Shown here in pieces: positions 24,982 to 28,000 of a DNA stretch of 28,000 nt. The notes under the pieces are model-generated. The model made no database searches and was not told where the DNA came from. It saw only the letters and a list, made by a program, of their open reading frames with translations. The DNA lies in IMG/VR virus record IMGVR_UViG_3300012936_005033, positions 1-28,000 of that record. One strand, given 5' to 3'. Made by a program: the position numbers and the translations under genes. Position 1 is the stretch's first letter, and each line of letters begins with the position of its first letter. Origin of the DNA: a virus (Duplodnaviria; Caudoviricetes).

Positions 24982-25334
24982 TGTCTATCGGTAAAATGAG
25001 GCAATTGCTGCAAGTACAAAGATATACAAAAACACCTGACGGTGGTGGTGGATCAACAGTTGTTTATAGTAAAGTTGCAGATGTTTTTGCACAAATTATG
25101 CCAAAAGATGCAAAAGAAAATCTTTTCGGAGACCAAATGCGAGAAGTTACTAGTCATGTAATTATGATAAGGTATCGCAGAGATTTAACACATGCAGATA
25201 GATTGGTACAAAATCATACAAGATTAGGTGAACAGTTTTCTAGAACCTTTGCAATTAAAGGCATCAAAAATATAAACAATGAATTTAAATATATGCAGAT
25301 TGCGGCACAAGAAGGAGCAGGTGTGCCAACATGA
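24981..25334 (+). CDS. Head closure / head-tail adaptor (SPP1 gp16-like)
   Basis: IGKMRQ, PDGGGG, SHVIMIRYR. Confidence 0.85.
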   Translation: MSIGKMRQLLQVQRYTKTPDGGGGSTVVYSKVADVFAQIMPKDAKENLFGDQMREVTSHVIMIRYRRDLTHADRLVQNHTRLGEQFSRTFAIKGIKNINNEFKYMQIAAQEGAGVPT

Positions 25335-25753
25335 GTAAAATTCGTGGTAGAGTTATTAGAAAAAAAAGCGTTCCCATTTTGGCAAGATATGCAGCAGAAA
25401 CAAGAGCATATATAAGTAGGGGTGCAAATCTTGTTAGAAATACCGCAGTTCAATCAATACAAGCTCATGGTAGTGCTGGTAGAACATATCAAAAATATAA
25501 CCCCAGAAGGGAACATACAGCATCAACTGAAGGCAACCCACCAAATACCGATACTGGATTTTTGGTAAGCAATATTCATGCGGTTATAGATCAAGATGGT
25601 TTTGGCGCGAGTGTAGAAAGTCGTGCGGATTATTCTGAAGCATTAGAATTTGGCACAAGCACAATGGGTGCAAGGCCTTTTCTACAACCTGCATTAGAAG
25701 AAAATAGAACAAAAATAATAGCTATGTTTGCTACATTAAGGGCTTCTAGATAA
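25331..25753 (+). CDS. HK97 gp10-like neck protein
   Basis: PPNTDTGFLVSNI, LEFGTSTMGARPFLQPALE. Confidence 0.88.
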   Translation: MSKIRGRVIRKKSVPILARYAAETRAYISRGANLVRNTAVQSIQAHGSAGRTYQKYNPRREHTASTEGNPPNTDTGFLVSNIHAVIDQDGFGASVESRADYSEALEFGTSTMGARPFLQPALEENRTKIIAMFATLRASR

Positions 25754-26157
25754 TGTCTTTTCATTCGTTTCCATTGCAACAAGCTATATTTAATAAATTG
25801 AATGGTAATACAACTGGTTTATCAGGTGCATCTGTTTCTATTTTTGATAATGCAGACGAAAGTACAGCTTATCCATATGTTTTAATTGGAGAAGAAACGA
25901 CAGCAAATAATGGAACAAAAACATTAGATGGAATACAACATACTCAAACAATTCATGTGTGGTCGCAATATCGTGGATTGCGTGAGATAAAAGAGATTAT
26001 GCAATCGGTCTATGAAAACCTGCATAATACTGATATAACTGTATCAGGTGCTTCACTGGTGAATATTCGACAAGAGTTTTCGACAACACTGGTGGAAAAT
26101 GATAATTTAACACGGCATGGGGTTATGAGATTTCGTGTCGTTGTGTTTGACAGCTAA
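25753..26157 (+). CDS. Tail terminator, DUF3168 family
   Basis: LQQAIFNKL, YPYVLIGE, IHVWSQYRG, RHGVMRFR. Confidence 0.88.
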   Translation: MSFHSFPLQQAIFNKLNGNTTGLSGASVSIFDNADESTAYPYVLIGEETTANNGTKTLDGIQHTQTIHVWSQYRGLREIKEIMQSVYENLHNTDITVSGASLVNIRQEFSTTLVENDNLTRHGVMRFRVVVFDS

Positions 26158-26169
26158 AGGAGTAAAGAC

Positions 26170-26595
26170 ATGGCGGCACAAAAAGGTTCAGCCCTACTAT
26201 TAAAAATTGGCGCAGATAATACTGCGGCTGCAGCAGGTGATACTTATACAACCATAGGTGGTTTAAGATCAACTTCACTTACAATGAATGATGAAGCGGT
26301 AGACGTTACAACAAAAGATAGTTCTGGCGTAAGAGCATTATTGGCAAACGGTGGTGTTCAATCTATGTCAATAAGTGGTTCTGGTGTATTTACAGACGCA
26401 GCATCGGAAGCAACATTAAGAAGTGCTTTTGGTGCAAGTGATTTTCATAACTTTCAAATAATCGTTCCAGATTTTGGCACATACACAGGGGAGTTTATGG
26501 TAGCATCGTTAGAATATGCAGGTGAGCATAACGGTGAGGTCACATATACTGTAACATTAGAAAATTCTGGCGCATTTACATTCGCAACAGTTTAA
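26170..26595 (+). CDS. Major tail tube protein (TP901-1/RcGTA-like)
   Basis: MAAQKGSALLLKI, TIGGLRST, VDVTTKDS, SISGSGVFTD, FQIIVPDFG, LEYAGEHNGEVTY. Confidence 0.92.
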   Translation: MAAQKGSALLLKIGADNTAAAAGDTYTTIGGLRSTSLTMNDEAVDVTTKDSSGVRALLANGGVQSMSISGSGVFTDAASEATLRSAFGASDFHNFQIIVPDFGTYTGEFMVASLEYAGEHNGEVTYTVTLENSGAFTFATV

Positions 26596-26607
26596 GGAGC
26601 TTAGAGA

Positions 26608-26898
26608 ATGGCTTGGGAAAAGGTTACAATACATTTTAATGAGACCATGCTTGCAGGTCATTCTCGCGGCACAATGTTCACCATTCCTTGTGCAGCAAAA
26701 TTCCAAGAAGGTGATGTTATTTCATCAAATGGAAAAGAATTTAAGGTAACATCTGTTATAGATGTAGCAGGTCGTGGCGAAGTTTTTGAAATTGAAACAG
26801 AGGAGGTCAAGAGTGACAAACCCAAAGCGCGGAGAAATGCAGTTGAGTCTGGGGGATCAGACATGGACAGCAAGAGTGACGATGGACGGGATAGCTAG
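26608..26898 (+). CDS. Hypothetical protein
   Basis: AAGGAG RBS; 96 aa; 3' end overlaps the chaperone gene. Confidence 0.65.
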   Translation: MAWEKVTIHFNETMLAGHSRGTMFTIPCAAKFQEGDVISSNGKEFKVTSVIDVAGRGEVFEIETEEVKSDKPKARRNAVESGGSDMDSKSDDGRDS

Positions 26899-27157
26899 AA
26901 TTGAAGCAGCTTGTGGGACAGGCATTGTTAAAATTCTAGGTCGTTTAACGGACGGTGATTTAACAACAACAGAAATGTGTAATATTTTACATCCAATTAT
27001 TAAGGGTGGTGGTAACGATATTTCTATGAAAGATATTCAAAATGCAGTTTGGGATGCAGGTTTGGCAGAAACAATGAAAGCGGTAGGAGAGATTGTTGCA
27101 ATTTCTCTTGGTGGAGGTAATGACGAGGGAAACGTAAAAAAGGTGGCAAAGCAGTAG
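26813..27157 (+). CDS. Tail assembly chaperone G (GTA gp10-like)
   Basis: GTG start with AGGAGG; MTNPKRGE; located between tail tube and tape measure. Confidence 0.85.
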   Translation: MTNPKRGEMQLSLGDQTWTARVTMDGIARIEAACGTGIVKILGRLTDGDLTTTEMCNILHPIIKGGGNDISMKDIQNAVWDAGLAETMKAVGEIVAISLGGGNDEGNVKKVAKQ

Positions 27158-27351
27158 ATGAATTTCCGTGGCAACAATATATGGAAATTGGATTGGGCAA
27201 AATGCAAATGCGTCCAGATGATTTTTGGAATATGTCAATGATTGAATTTCAAACTGCTTTAGATGGATTTTCTGATTTTCACTCTGGGGGCAAGCCACCG
27301 CCTCTTAGCAAAGGTGAATTAGACGATTTGATGGAAAGGTATCCTGACTAA
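27127..27351 (+). CDS. Tail assembly chaperone T segment, reached by -1 frameshift
   Basis: -1 frame is open: RKKGGKAVDEFPWQQYMEIGLGKMQMRPDDFWNMSMIEF...PLSKGELDDLMERYPD*; slippery heptamers at 27127-27133 and 27136-27142. Confidence 0.8.
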   Translation, partial: GKRKKGGKAVDEFPWQQYMEIGLGKMQMRPDDFWNMSMIEFQTALDGFSDFHSGGKPPPLSKGELDDLMERYPD

Positions 27352-28000
27352 TGGCAACTACTGTTGACACATTACTGGTTCGTATAGAGTCGGATATGCT
27401 ATCTCTGCGAAGAGACCTTCAAAAAATACGACAAGATACTGATAGAACAACAAGAGGCATTGTTGGATCATTTAGAAAAATGGGTCCTTTAATTGGTGCG
27501 GTAGCAGGTGCAGTTGTTGTTCGACAAATTGGTCGTATGGGAATGGCTGCGATCAATCTTGCATCCGATGTTGAAGAAATGCAAAACAAATCACGCGTTG
27601 TTTTTGGTCAATTCCGCGATACTGTTGTTGCTGATTTAACAGAATTTGGAGATGCAGTTGGGCGAAGTTCTTTTGAATTAGAAGAAATGGCCTCGTCAAT
27701 TCAAGACACCTTTGTACCAATGGGATTTGCAAGAGGCGAAGCTTCAAAGCTTTCTGTTCAATTAACAAAATTAGCCGTAGATGTTGCATCTTTTAATAAC
27801 GCGTCTGATGTAGAAACAATGAGGGCGTTTCAAAGCGCGATTGTTGGAAATCACGAAACTGTCAGGCGATTTGGAATTGTCATTACAGAGGCAACCTTGA
27901 AGCAAGAACTATTGCGAATGGGGATTACAAAAGCTGCAAAAGATGTGACAAATGCAGAAAAGGTACAAGCGAGAATGAATTTAATTCTTGCAGGTACAAC
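27351..28000 (+). CDS. Tape measure protein (5' part, truncated by window)
   Basis: MATTVDTLLVRIESDM...LASDVEEMQNKSRVVFG...LAVDVASFNN; TAATG coupling; open to the window end. Confidence 0.9.
   Translation, partial: MATTVDTLLVRIESDMLSLRRDLQKIRQDTDRTTRGIVGSFRKMGPLIGAVAGAVVVRQIGRMGMAAINLASDVEEMQNKSRVVFGQFRDTVVADLTEFGDAVGRSSFELEEMASSIQDTFVPMGFARGEASKLSVQLTKLAVDVASFNNASDVETMRAFQSAIVGNHETVRRFGIVITEATLKQELLRMGITKAAKDVTNAEKVQARMNLILAGT

Noticed and set aside
26813-26898. 86-nt overlap of two same-strand genes as a second frameshift
   Set aside because: The downstream gene has its own AGGAGG and GTG start; the overlapping tail is low-complexity and no slippery site is evident
614-27789. Many 60-110 aa ORFs antisense to or nested in confident genes (e.g. 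614..889, 8118..8450, 10732..11019, 17804..18088, 22908..23159, 26987..27298)
   Set aside because: Shadow ORFs with no RBS or motifs, fully overlapping well-supported genes

Overview
AT-rich 28-kb segment of a tailed dsDNA phage (siphovirus with an HK97-type head). The portal, terminase nuclease domain, tail tube, tail chaperone and holin resemble gene-transfer-agent (RcGTA) proteins, which suggests a marine alphaproteobacterial host (inference). Gene order: end of a tail/baseplate gene, a lysis block rich in small membrane proteins with a GH19 endolysin, early/accessory genes, RusA plus a eukaryote-type phosphomannomutase, a reverse-strand recombination operon (Gp157, ERF, SSB), a replication initiator, a ParB-N/glycosyltransferase/cytidylyltransferase locus, terminase, portal, MuF, protease, capsid, neck and tail genes, and the start of the tape measure gene. 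No integrase, CI-type repressor, tRNA or CRISPR array was recognised. Most notable: (1) six dispersed copies of one promoter/RBS cassette (TGTAAATATTGTATTGACA-N16/17-TAGTNT ... GAGGTTC-ATG), two of which drive antisense gene islands inside the late region; (2) a 757-aa portal with about 345 extra residues forming three discrete modules separated by Lys motifs resembling the capsid maturation site, possibly a protease-released cargo polyprotein; (3) a probable packaging-linked DNA glycosylation locus with its own precursor enzymes; (4) tandem -1 slippery sites in the tail chaperone. All family assignments come from motifs recognised by eye, not from database searches.
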